DNA of 64,000 nt from Gemmatimonadota bacterium (GTDB lineage: Bacteria; Gemmatimonadota; Gemmatimonadetes; Gemmatimonadales; GWC2-71-9): NCBI GenBank assembly GCA_040002895.1, contig JBDUDP010000005.1, positions 3,110 to 67,109 on the forward strand. Direction: 5' to 3'. Made by a program: the position numbers and the translations under genes. The notes below the pieces were generated by a model. It had not been told where the DNA came from. It saw nothing but the letters and a program-made list of their open reading frames with translations, and did not search any database. Numbering within the stretch: position 1 is the stretch's first letter; the number at the start of each line of letters is the position of its first letter. Shown here in pieces: positions 18,494 to 26,808 of the stretch.

Positions 18494-19894
18494 CTAGATG
18501 TGGATGGCCCGGCCCATCGAGTCGAGCGCCGCCTCGGCGATCGCCTCCGAGAGCGTCGGGTGCGCGTGAATCGCGAGGTCGACTTCCTCGACGGTGTACT
18601 CATTGGTGCGCGCCATGACCAACTCGCCAATCAACTCCGAGGCGTGCCCGCTGACGATGTGCGCGCCCACGATCTCGCCGTACTTCTTGTCGCGAATGAT
18701 TTTCACGAAGCCGTCGGTCTCGTTGGTCGCGCGCGCGCGCCCGTTGGCGGAGAACGGGAAGCGACCGACCTGGATGTCGAGGCCTTTTTCCTTGGCCTGT
18801 TCTTCGGTGAGCCCCACGCTGGCCACCTCGGGATGACAATAGGTCACACTCGGCACGTTGCTGTAGTCGATCGCCTTGGGCGCATGGCCCGCGATCACCT
18901 CGGCCACGTGCACCCCTTCGCGCGTGCCCTTGTGGGCCAGCATCGGCGGTCCGGCGACGTCGCCGATGGCGTAGATCCCCTTCACGCTGGTCTGCAGGGT
19001 CGTGGGATCGACCTGGATGAAGCCGCGGTCGGTGAGCTTCACGCCAACCTTCTCGAGGCCGATCGCCTCGGTGTTCACGGCGCGTCCGGCCGCCATCAGC
19101 ACCTTCTCCGCGGTCACGCTCTGCGACTTGCCACCCACTTCCAGCTGGAGGGTGACGCCACTGTCCTTCACCTCCGCCTTCACGACCTTCACCCCGGCCA
19201 GCACGGTGATGCCACGCTTCTTGAAGGACTTCGCGATCACGTCGGAGCACTCGGCATCCTCGACCGGCAGGATCCGCGGCAGCGCCTCGACCAACGTGAC
19301 CTCGCTCCCGAAGGCATTGAAGATGTCGGCGAATTCCGAGCCCACGGCGCCGCCGCCCACAATGGCGAGGGTCTTCGGAGCCTGCTCGAGAAAGAGCGCC
19401 TCGTCGGAGGTGATCACGGTGGTGCCATTCACGGTGAGGCCGACCTGGGGAATCCCCTTGGTGCGCGACCCGGTGGCCACCACGATTGCCTTCGTCGCGG
19501 TGATGGTATCGCCGCCGACCGTGACCGTGGTGGCGGAGGCCAGGATGCCGGTGCCCTTGATGACCGTGATCTTGTTCTTCTTCATCAGGAACTCGACGCC
19601 CTTGGAATTCTGCTCGGCCACCTTGCGTGAACGCTTCATCGCCACGCCATAGTCCACCACCACGTCGCCCACGGTGATGCCGAGTTCCCTGGCGTCCTTG
19701 CGGATCAGGTTGGCCGTGGACGAGCTGTGCAGCAGGGCCTTGGTCGGGATGCACCCGATGTTGACGCAGACGCCGCCGAGCTTCTCTTTCTCGATGACGA
19801 CGGCGCTGAGGCCGAGCTGCGCGGCACGAATGGCTGCCGGATAGCCGGCCGGCCCACCACCCACGACCACCACGTCAAACGACTGATTTGCCAC
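18494..19894 (-). CDS. lpdA: Dihydrolipoyl dehydrogenase (E3)
   Basis: 'DVVVVGGGPAGY', redox-active 'GGVCVNIGCIPTK', and C-terminal 'HAHPTLSE'. GTG start with GGAG 10 nt upstream. Confidence 0.95.
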   Translation of the reverse strand: MANQSFDVVVVGGGPAGYPAAIRAAQLGLSAVVIEKEKLGGVCVNIGCIPTKALLHSSSTANLIRKDARELGITVGDVVVDYGVAMKRSRKVAEQNSKGVEFLMKKNKITVIKGTGILASATTVTVGGDTITATKAIVVATGSRTKGIPQVGLTVNGTTVITSDEALFLEQAPKTLAIVGGGAVGSEFADIFNAFGSEVTLVEALPRILPVEDAECSDVIAKSFKKRGITVLAGVKVVKAEVKDSGVTLQLEVGGKSQSVTAEKVLMAAGRAVNTEAIGLEKVGVKLTDRGFIQVDPTTLQTSVKGIYAIGDVAGPPMLAHKGTREGVHVAEVIAGHAPKAIDYSNVPSVTYCHPEVASVGLTEEQAKEKGLDIQVGRFPFSANGRARATNETDGFVKIIRDKKYGEIVGAHIVSGHASELIGELVMARTNEYTVEEVDLAIHAHPTLSEAIAEAALDSMGRAIHI

Positions 19895-19933
19895 GAGTAA
19901 AGCTCCGCAATAGAGTCAGAAACCATAATTCTC

Positions 19934-19996
19934 GAGAGAGGAGAAAGGAGAGAAGAGAGAAGAGCCTTCTCCTCTCTCCTCTCTCCTCTCTCCTTC
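19934..19996. repeat. Homopurine/homopyrimidine imperfect inverted repeat (long hairpin) between pdhC and lpd
   Basis: A 31-nt all-purine tract (gagagaggagaaaggagagaagagagaagag, 19934-19964) is followed after 'cc' by a ~30-nt all-pyrimidine tract (ttctcctctctcctctctcctctctcctt). The core stem is GAGAAG-AGC-CTTCTC and is extendable with bulges. The composition is atypical for this GC-rich sequence. Confidence 0.8.
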
Positions 19997-19999
19997 CGC

Positions 20000-21232
20000 T
20001 TACCAGACTAAGGCCAACGGATTCTCCAGCATCCCCACCAGCGTCTTGAGGAAGGCGGCACCACTGGCGCCGTCGATCACCCGATGATCGCAGGAGAGGG
20101 TCATCCGCATCCGCCGGCGGGCCACGATGGCGCCGTTGTGCACCACCGGCTTCTCCTCGATGCGCCCGACCGCGAGGATCGCGGCCTCGGGCGGATTGAT
20201 GATCGCCGTGAATTCATCGATGCCGAACATTCCGAGGTTCGACACCGAGAAGGTGGCGCCGGTGTACTCCTCCGGCTTGAGCCGCTTCTCGCGCGCCCGA
20301 CCCGCGAGTTCACGCACCTCGCCGGCGATCTCGCGCAGTCCCTTCTGGTCGGCATGGCGGATGATCGGTGTGATCAGTCCCTCGTCGATCGCGACGGCAA
20401 CGCCGATGTGGACGTCCTGCCACTGCCGGATGCGATCGTCCAGCCACCAGGCATTCACGTTGGGATGCTGCGTGAGTGCGGCGGCCGACGCCCGGATGAT
20501 CAGGTCGTTGAACGAGAACTTCCCCTTGTCGTCCGAGGCCAGCAGCGCCACGCGGGCGTCATGCGCCCGCTCCATGTCCACTTCAGCCGTGAGGTAGAAG
20601 GTCGGAATGGGGCCGATGGATTGCACCAGCCGCTTGGCGATCGCCTTGCGCATCTGCGACAGCGGAATGTCGCTGAAGGTCGACACCGAAATGCCGTCCG
20701 TGCGTCCGCCGCCAGCCGGTGCCGCTGCGAGCTGTTCGAGATCGCGTGCGATGACCCTGCCCTCCGGGCCCGATCCGGCAACCGAGGCGAGATCGAGCCC
20801 GCGGTCGGCGGCAATGCGCTTTGCCAAGGGCGACGCCTTCACGCGTCCGCCGGCCGCCGCGGGCGCCGCCGATGTGGCCGGCGCCGCTTGTAGGGCCGGC
20901 GCTTGCGTCGGCGTTGCAAGCGGCGCCTCTTGTACGGGCGCCGCAAGCGGCGCCCCTACAGCCGGCGCCGCCTCGCCACCGGGCACCGCTTCGCCTGCTT
21001 CACCGATCCAACCCACCGGCTGCGCCACGGGCACTGTGCTTCCGGCGGGCACCACGTGCTTGAGCATGATGCCGGCCGCGCGGGCCACCAGCTCCATGAC
21101 GGCCTTGTCGGTCTCCACTTCGGCGAGGACATCGCCGACGGCTACCGCATCGCCTTCGTTCTTCTTCCACTCGACGAGACGGCCTTCTTCCATCGTCGGG
21201 GAGAGTGCTTCCATCACCACTTTGGTCGCCAT
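20000..21232 (-). CDS. pdhC: Dihydrolipoamide acetyltransferase (E2) of the pyruvate dehydrogenase complex, single lipoyl domain
   Basis: Lipoyl domain 'LAEVETDKAVMEL', an Ala/Pro linker, E3-binding 'ASPLAKRIAADRGLDL..V.GSGP.GR', and catalytic 'DHRVIDG'. The start is placed at Met19 (MATKVVMEALSPTMEEG). Confidence 0.9.
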   Translation of the reverse strand: MATKVVMEALSPTMEEGRLVEWKKNEGDAVAVGDVLAEVETDKAVMELVARAAGIMLKHVVPAGSTVPVAQPVGWIGEAGEAVPGGEAAPAVGAPLAAPVQEAPLATPTQAPALQAAPATSAAPAAAGGRVKASPLAKRIAADRGLDLASVAGSGPEGRVIARDLEQLAAAPAGGGRTDGISVSTFSDIPLSQMRKAIAKRLVQSIGPIPTFYLTAEVDMERAHDARVALLASDDKGKFSFNDLIIRASAAALTQHPNVNAWWLDDRIRQWQDVHIGVAVAIDEGLITPIIRHADQKGLREIAGEVRELAGRAREKRLKPEEYTGATFSVSNLGMFGIDEFTAIINPPEAAILAVGRIEEKPVVHNGAIVARRRMRMTLSCDHRVIDGASGAAFLKTLVGMLENPLALVW

Positions 21233-21236
21233 GTCG

Positions 21237-22217
21237 TCAGTCCCGGTAGCAGACGCGGCGGACGGCGGCGGCGATCTTGCCCGCATCCGTCTTGGCGGCC
21301 TTTTCGAGGTGCTTGTTGTAGGGCATCGGCACGTCGGCCTGAGTCACCCGCAGCACGGGAGCGTCGAGGTCATTGAACGCCTCGCGCTGGATCAGGTCGA
21401 CGACTTGTGCACCGACGCCGGCGAAGGCCCACCCTTCTTCGGCCACGACGCAGCGGTTGGTCTTGGCCACCGACGCGAGGATGCACTCCTCGTCGAGCGG
21501 TCGGATAGTGCGCAGGTCGATCACCTCGGCGTCGATTCCCTCGCCTTCGAGCGTCTTGGCCGCGTTGAGGGCCGGCGCGACAGTCTTGGAGTGGCAGACG
21601 ATCGTGACCTGCGTGCCGGCCCGCTTGATGTCGGCCTTGCCGATCGGGGTGACGTACTCCTCATCGGGCACTTCGCCCTTGAGGTTGTAGAGCATCTCGC
21701 CTTCGATGAAGATCACCGGGTTCGGATCACGGATCGCCGCCTTGAGCAGGCCCTTGGCATCGGCCGGCGTGGCCGGCATGACGACCTTGAGGCCGGGGAT
21801 GTGGGCATACCAGCTCTCGAACGCCTGCGAGTGCTGGGCGCCGAGCTGCAGGGCTGCGCCGCCCGGCCCGCGAATCACGATGGGGCAGCCGATCTGGCCG
21901 CCGCTCATGTAACGAATCTTGGCCGCGGCGTTGACGATCTGGTCGATCGCGAGCAACGCGAAGTTCCAGGTCATCATCTCGATCACCGGCCGGAGGCCCA
22001 CCATCGCGGCCCCGACGCCGATGCCGGTAAAGCCGAGCTCCGCGATCGGGGTGTCGACCACGCGCATCGGTCCGAACTCCTCGAGCAGGCCGCGCGAGAC
22101 CTTGTAGGCTCCATCATACTCGGCCACTTCCTCGCCCATCAGGAAGACGTCGCCGTCGCGCTGCATCTCTTCACGGAGCGCCTGATTCAGCGCATCACGG
22201 TAGCTAAGGATCGCCAT
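21237..22217 (-). CDS. pdhB: Pyruvate dehydrogenase E1 component beta subunit
   Basis: 'ILSYRDALNQALREEM..D..VF.MGEEV..Y.GAYKVS.GL' and a transketolase-like C-terminus. The start at Met12 overlaps the pdhA stop (TGATG). Confidence 0.95.
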   Translation of the reverse strand: MAILSYRDALNQALREEMQRDGDVFLMGEEVAEYDGAYKVSRGLLEEFGPMRVVDTPIAELGFTGIGVGAAMVGLRPVIEMMTWNFALLAIDQIVNAAAKIRYMSGGQIGCPIVIRGPGGAALQLGAQHSQAFESWYAHIPGLKVVMPATPADAKGLLKAAIRDPNPVIFIEGEMLYNLKGEVPDEEYVTPIGKADIKRAGTQVTIVCHSKTVAPALNAAKTLEGEGIDAEVIDLRTIRPLDEECILASVAKTNRCVVAEEGWAFAGVGAQVVDLIQREAFNDLDAPVLRVTQADVPMPYNKHLEKAAKTDAGKIAAAVRRVCYRD

Positions 22218-23242
22218 CAGCTCTCCTCCGGGGCGTAGACATCGGTCCACAGCTCCGAGGCGTCGGGCTCGGGCGATTCCTCGGCGAAGGTCACCGCATC
22301 GGCCACCTCGGCCACCACCTCGGCGTCGAGTGCGGCAAGCGCGGCATCGTCAAGCAGGTCGAGCTCGCGCATCCGGGCCTCGAGCAGCGCGATGGGGTCG
22401 CGCATCCGGGACTCCTCGAGTTCCTCCTTGCTGCGATAGGTGCCGCTGGCGGCATCCGACATCGAGTGGCCCACGTAGCGGAAGCAGCGAATGTCGAGCA
22501 GGGTGGGGCCGTCGCCGGCGCGTGCACGTGCCACGGCCACATCCATGGCTTGGCGCACCGCGACCACGTCCTGCCCATCGACTTCGACGCCCGGCATCCC
22601 GTAGGAGGCAGCGCGCAGGGAGAGCTCGGTGATCGCCGCGGCGCGCTTCATGGCCGTGCCCATGCCATAGCCGTTGTTCTCGATCGCGAAGATGGCCGGC
22701 AGCTTCCACAGCCCTGCCATGTTGAGCGCCTCGTGGAACGACCCGATGTTGGCGGCCGCCTCACCGAAGTAGGTCAGCGAGACCTGGTCGGTCTTGCGGT
22801 ACTTGGCGGCCCAGGCAAAGCCGGCACCGAGCGGGATCTGGCCGCCCACGATGCCGTGGCCGCCCATGAAGCCCCGCGAGAAATCGAACAGGTGCATCGA
22901 GCCGCCCTTGCCCTTGGAGCAGCCGGTGGCCTTGCCGAAGAGCTCCGCCATGATCGCGCGGGCGCTGAGGCCGCGCGCGAGCGCCTGTCCGTGCTCGCGG
23001 TAGGCGCTCACGACGTAGTCGTCGTCGCGCAGCGCGGAGATCGTGCCCACGGCCACCGCCTCCTGGCCAATGTAGAGATGGCAGAAGCCGCCGATCTGGC
23101 CGATGGAGTAGGCCTCACCGGCCCGCTCCTCGAAGCGGCGAATCAGCAGCATCATGCGCAGCCAATCGTGGTACTGATCGGCGAACGGGGCATCGGCGCC
23201 ACGACGCGTGGAGCGCGACGTGTTTTCGGTCGACACAGCCAT
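22217..23242 (-). CDS. pdhA: Pyruvate dehydrogenase E1 component alpha subunit
   Basis: 'GFCHLYIGQEAV', a TPP-binding 'GDGA/GEAAANIG..HE..N'-like block, and 'YR..GHSMSD'. Confidence 0.95.
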   Translation of the reverse strand: MAVSTENTSRSTRRGADAPFADQYHDWLRMMLLIRRFEERAGEAYSIGQIGGFCHLYIGQEAVAVGTISALRDDDYVVSAYREHGQALARGLSARAIMAELFGKATGCSKGKGGSMHLFDFSRGFMGGHGIVGGQIPLGAGFAWAAKYRKTDQVSLTYFGEAAANIGSFHEALNMAGLWKLPAIFAIENNGYGMGTAMKRAAAITELSLRAASYGMPGVEVDGQDVVAVRQAMDVAVARARAGDGPTLLDIRCFRYVGHSMSDAASGTYRSKEELEESRMRDPIALLEARMRELDLLDDAALAALDAEVVAEVADAVTFAEESPEPDASELWTDVYAPEES

Positions 23243-24195
23243 TACGAAGTCCCCTTGGCGGAGCGGGCCTGATCCCAGGCATGGTAGGACGAGCGGGTCA
23301 GCGGCGAACTCTCGACATGCGAAAAGCCCATCGAAAGGCCGATCTGCTTCAGTTCGGCAAATTCATCGGGCGTGTAGTAGCGGACCACCGGCAGGTGACT
23401 CTCCGACGGGCGCAGGTACTGCCCCATCGTCACGATATTCACGTCGCTGCGGCGCAGGTCGCGCAGGCAGGTGAGGATCTCGTCCCACTCTTCGCCCATG
23501 CCCAGAATGATGCCCGACTTGGTGAGGGCCGTGGCGTCCATCGCGCGCGCATTGGCGAGCACCCGCAGCGCGCGGTCGTAGCGTCCGCCCGGACGGGCAA
23601 GTCGATAGAGTCGCTCCGCCGTCTCGAGATTGTGGTTGAGAATGTCGGGCCGCGCATCCATCACCAACTGCAGTGCTCGCTCGGACCCCTTGAAGTCGGG
23701 AATCAATACCTCGACCGACGTCTCCGGGAGTCGCTGCTTGATCTCGGTGATGCAGCCGGCGAAAGCCTCGGCGCCTCCATTGGGGAGGTCGTCACGATCC
23801 ACCGACGTGATTACCACGTGCTCCAGCCCCATCCGCTCCACGGCGTCGGCCAGCCGGGCCGGCTCGGCGGCGTCGAACGCCTTGGGCGTGCCGTGGGAGA
23901 CGGCGCAGTAGGCACAGTTCCGGGTGCAGACGTCGCCGAGGATCATGAAGGTGGCGGCCTTGTGCTCCCAGCACTCGCCGATGTTGGGGCAGCGCGCCTC
24001 TTCACAGACCGTATGGAGGCCGAGTTCCCGCATCATCTTCTGGAGATGGAGGTAACCGGCCCCGCCGGGGGCCTTCACCTTGAGCCACGACGGCTTCCGC
24101 GCCGGTGCCATGGGCAGGACGGCGGTGGGCAGGACGGGCTCCGGCAGGGGAGATCCCGAGGACTGACGGGTCAGTTGAATCAGTGGTACGGCCAC
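23242..24195 (-). CDS. lipA: Lipoyl synthase
   Basis: Two cluster motifs, 'CEEARCPNIGEC' and radical-SAM 'CTRNCAYCAV'. The stop overlaps the pdhA start. Confidence 0.95.
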   Translation of the reverse strand: MAVPLIQLTRQSSGSPLPEPVLPTAVLPMAPARKPSWLKVKAPGGAGYLHLQKMMRELGLHTVCEEARCPNIGECWEHKAATFMILGDVCTRNCAYCAVSHGTPKAFDAAEPARLADAVERMGLEHVVITSVDRDDLPNGGAEAFAGCITEIKQRLPETSVEVLIPDFKGSERALQLVMDARPDILNHNLETAERLYRLARPGGRYDRALRVLANARAMDATALTKSGIILGMGEEWDEILTCLRDLRRSDVNIVTMGQYLRPSESHLPVVRYYTPDEFAELKQIGLSMGFSHVESSPLTRSSYHAWDQARSAKGTS

Positions 24196-24295
24196 GCGGA
24201 CTCTTGCTCCTCACCCAGTGGTGGGCGCCGGCGTCAACCGGCGCTAGCCCAACAAGATAGCCGAATTGGGGGGCTGGGGTGAGGGGTTGCGAATT

Positions 24296-25087
24296 CTATT
24301 TTCCGGCCTTGACCGCCCCGACAAAGAGCACCGCAGAGGTCGGCGCTTGGGAGCCGCCTTCGGGTTCCCGGGTCACGGCGGTTGCTGCGACGGTGCCGGG
24401 AGGCAGGGTTACATCCTGCACCAATGCCCGGCCGTCTGCCCCCGGGTTGAAGGTCACCGACGGGATCGGCTTGCCGTCGACGATGAACCAGAGCTGATAG
24501 GCCTGGCCCGCCGGAGCGGTCTCGAGCGACGCCACCGAGAGCACCGCACTGCGCCGCTTCTGATCGACATAGACCTTCACGGCCGGCTTGGCATCGCCGG
24601 TGGAGGCGAGCGTGACCAACTCCACCGACGGGTCGGTGAGTCGTGCGATCATGGAGTCGCGCTGGGTGACGGCATCCAGGGTGCGTGCCGCAAAGGCGTT
24701 CGCCGTTGCGGTAGCCTGACGCTCCTGACCGAGATCGTGGTTGAGCTTGAAGACCACGAGCAGGGAGGCGGCGAGTGCCGCACCGAGCCAGAGTGGTGCC
24801 CGGGACCGACGCGAGGGGATCATGGGCAGCACCTTTGCTTCCACGGCCACCGGCTCGGGGTGGGCCACCGCGTGGGCCATGACCCGCTGCTTGAGCCCGG
24901 CCGGCAGTGCGACAGGCGTGCTCAGGGCCAGCGCGGAGAGGGCTTCGCGCGCGGCGGCGACATTGCTCGCGAGGGTCGGGTCGACCGCGAGCCGGGTCTC
25001 GAACTCGGCGCGCTCGGCCTCGTCGAGCAGCTCGAGCACGTACTCCTCGACCAGCTCATGCATGGGGTGACGCGACGAGTCGGTCAT
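24296..25087 (-). CDS. Anti-sigma factor, RskA-like (anti-sigma-K type) with a single TM
   Basis: N-terminal 'ELVEEYVLELLDEAERAEFE..L..DP'. A central TM 'LWLGAALAASLLVVF'. The C-terminal periplasmic block 'YQLWFIVDGKPIPSVTF..' is typical of the RskA domain. ATGA overlap with the sigma gene. Confidence 0.75.
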   Translation of the reverse strand: MTDSSRHPMHELVEEYVLELLDEAERAEFETRLAVDPTLASNVAAAREALSALALSTPVALPAGLKQRVMAHAVAHPEPVAVEAKVLPMIPSRRSRAPLWLGAALAASLLVVFKLNHDLGQERQATATANAFAARTLDAVTQRDSMIARLTDPSVELVTLASTGDAKPAVKVYVDQKRRSAVLSVASLETAPAGQAYQLWFIVDGKPIPSVTFNPGADGRALVQDVTLPPGTVAATAVTREPEGGSQAPTSAVLFVGAVKAGK

Positions 25088-25728
25088 GCGTACCCCTCCG
25101 GCCCAAGGGCGGTGAGCAGTTCGCGCAGTTTCCGCAGACCGAGGCGGACGCGCGTCTTCACGGTACCCAATGGCTCGCCCAGCCGCTCGGCGATCTCGGT
25201 CTGCGACAGGCCCTCGAAGTAGGCGAGGTCGAGTGCGGCGCGCTGCGAATCGGGCAGTTCCATGAGTGCGTCGCGGATCCGCCGGGCCTGCTCGTTGGCG
25301 ATCACATTGGCCACCGGAGAGGCAAACGCGCTACCCATCGCCGGGGCCGCGCTGCTGGCGCTCTCCGCCTCCGCCGCGTCGCTCAGGCGCCCACGACGCG
25401 TTCGCGAACGCACAGTATCGAGCGCCCGGCTGCGCGCGATGGTCGCGAGCCACGCCGCCACCGACCCGCGACCGGTCTCGAACCGTGATGCCTCGCGCCA
25501 CGCTTGCGCGAACGTATCGACCACGACTTCCTCGGCGTCCGCCTGTTCCCGGGTGATGCGCAGTGCGAGGCCGAGAAGATTCGGGGCAAAGCGATCGTAG
25601 AGTGTCGACATCGCCGCAGCGTCTCCCCGCGTCATGGCAAGCACGAGGGCAGCATCGTCAGGCACGTATCGCGCGGCGGCATGAACCATGAGCTGTCGGG
25701 CAATTCTCCAGGCGGAGCGAGGGAGCAT
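25084..25728 (-). CDS. ECF-type RNA polymerase sigma-70 family factor
   Basis: Region 2 'LYDRFAPNLLGLALRIT..ADAEEVVVDTFAQAW'. Region 4 'LP..QR.AL.LAYFEGLSQTEIAERLGEPLGTVKTRVRLGL.KLR'. Confidence 0.85.
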   Translation of the reverse strand: MLPRSAWRIARQLMVHAAARYVPDDAALVLAMTRGDAAAMSTLYDRFAPNLLGLALRITREQADAEEVVVDTFAQAWREASRFETGRGSVAAWLATIARSRALDTVRSRTRRGRLSDAAEAESASSAAPAMGSAFASPVANVIANEQARRIRDALMELPDSQRAALDLAYFEGLSQTEIAERLGEPLGTVKTRVRLGLRKLRELLTALGPEGYA

Positions 25729-25780
25729 GCAGCTGCGCGAATGCTACTGGTGCCCCCCAGTCGGTCACAAGTTTCCCGAT

Positions 25781-26230
25781 TCATGGGAGCGCCTGCGCTG
25801 GGTCACCCTTGAGATATACGAGTTGCGCACGTCGACCGTCGATTCGGACCAGCGCCACGTTCACCTGGTCGCTGAACCGTTCCTGCAGCAGGGTGACGCT
25901 CAGCCGCCCCTGGCCCACACGTCCGGACGCGGTGCCGTCGAGCGTGATCCGGACGCGATCCCCTTCCGTGACGATCGCCGATGGCAACAGTGTCACCCTG
26001 ACGCCCTGCTGATCGGTGAGCGTGATGCTGCGTGAGAGATAGGCTGCCACGGCGTCCCGGTTCAGTCCCGGCGGAAAATCATCATGGTAGACCCGGACCA
26101 CGGCGGTGACGTCGCGGCCATTGGCGACCAGCTCGACGCGGGCCGCGTGGACGGGATGCCAGGTCCAGGCGCCCAGGGCGACGACCAGCAACGCCACGCC
26201 GCTCAGCGCACGCAGTGCCCGGCCTACCAC
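25781..26230 (-). CDS. Exported small protein, DUF6702-like
   Basis: A signal peptide is followed by 'HPVHAARVELV..VVRVYHDDF', resembling the His-start beta-sandwich proteins found next to HupE-type genes. It overlaps the HupE stop by 7 nt. Confidence 0.45.
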   Translation of the reverse strand: MVGRALRALSGVALLVVALGAWTWHPVHAARVELVANGRDVTAVVRVYHDDFPPGLNRDAVAAYLSRSITLTDQQGVRVTLLPSAIVTEGDRVRITLDGTASGRVGQGRLSVTLLQERFSDQVNVALVRIDGRRAQLVYLKGDPAQALP

Positions 26231-26808
26231 GGCAACCGCTCCGCGGCCATGACCAGTGCCACGCTGGCCACGGTGGCCGAGGTAAGTCGCATCCGCCAGC
26301 GAGTGGCAGCCGATTGGTCCGCTGTGGCGCGTGCGATGACACGATCGGCCACGGCCAGCGAACCCACGAGCGTGGCGAGTACCAACGTCTGGCCGAGTTC
26401 GATTCCGATGTTGAAGCCGAGGAGTGGCAACGCCACACCTCCATCAAAGAGTGCCTGCAGCGTCGTGGCGAAGCCGGCACCATGCACCAGCCCGAACAGT
26501 CCTGCCAGCACTGGGCGCAGCGCGCCTGCGGGTCGGGTGCCGTGAGCGAACAGGTTCTCGGCCGCCGCGATCACGATGGTGCACGGAATCAGGAACTCCA
26601 CCAGCGGGATCGGGAAGTGCACGACGCCCAACGCCACGAGGGCCAGCGTGATGCTGTGCCCCACCGTGAATGCACTGACCACCATCATTCCGTGACGCCA
26701 GTCGCGCGGGCGATAGCTCGCCGCGAGTGCGGCCAAAAAGAGCAGGTGGTCGAGTGCCTCGATCGAGACGATGTGCTTGAATCCAACGGTGATGAACGTG
26801 CCGATCAT
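26224..26808 (-). CDS. HupE/UreJ family membrane protein (HupE_UreJ_2 type)
   Basis: 'GFKHIVSIEALDHLLFLAALAA', 'FTVGHSITLAL', 'GLVHGAGFA' and six hydrophobic helices. The start at Met20 gives an ATGA overlap with the TPR gene stop. Confidence 0.75.
   Translation of the reverse strand: MIGTFITVGFKHIVSIEALDHLLFLAALAASYRPRDWRHGMMVVSAFTVGHSITLALVALGVVHFPIPLVEFLIPCTIVIAAAENLFAHGTRPAGALRPVLAGLFGLVHGAGFATTLQALFDGGVALPLLGFNIGIELGQTLVLATLVGSLAVADRVIARATADQSAATRWRMRLTSATVASVALVMAAERLPW

Noticed and set aside
17690-19630. 646-aa plus-strand ORF (similar cases: 20607..22238, 50470..52527, 53792..55414, 57357..59141)
   Set aside because: All are antisense to confidently identified genes (lpd/lipB, pdhBC, M28/propeller, DUF1800, M61). 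Their products are low-complexity Arg/Gly/His-rich sequences, so I treat them as high-GC shadow ORFs.
20830-21010. Repetitive GC-rich DNA inside pdhC
   Set aside because: It encodes the ordinary Ala/Pro-rich flexible linker between the lipoyl and E3-binding domains of E2 proteins.
24225-24244. Hairpin GCGCCGG-CGTCAA-CCGGCGC after the anti-sigma gene as a Rho-independent terminator
   Set aside because: The stem is only 7 bp and there is no U-tract on the transcribed strand. I cannot distinguish it from chance GC palindromes, so it is not reported as a feature.
25729-25780. ECF-type autoregulatory promoter upstream of the sigma gene (GGGAAAC as the -35)
   Set aside because: I found no convincing CGT-type -10 element at the expected 16-17 nt spacing. 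The 52-nt gap may simply be read through from the upstream operon.
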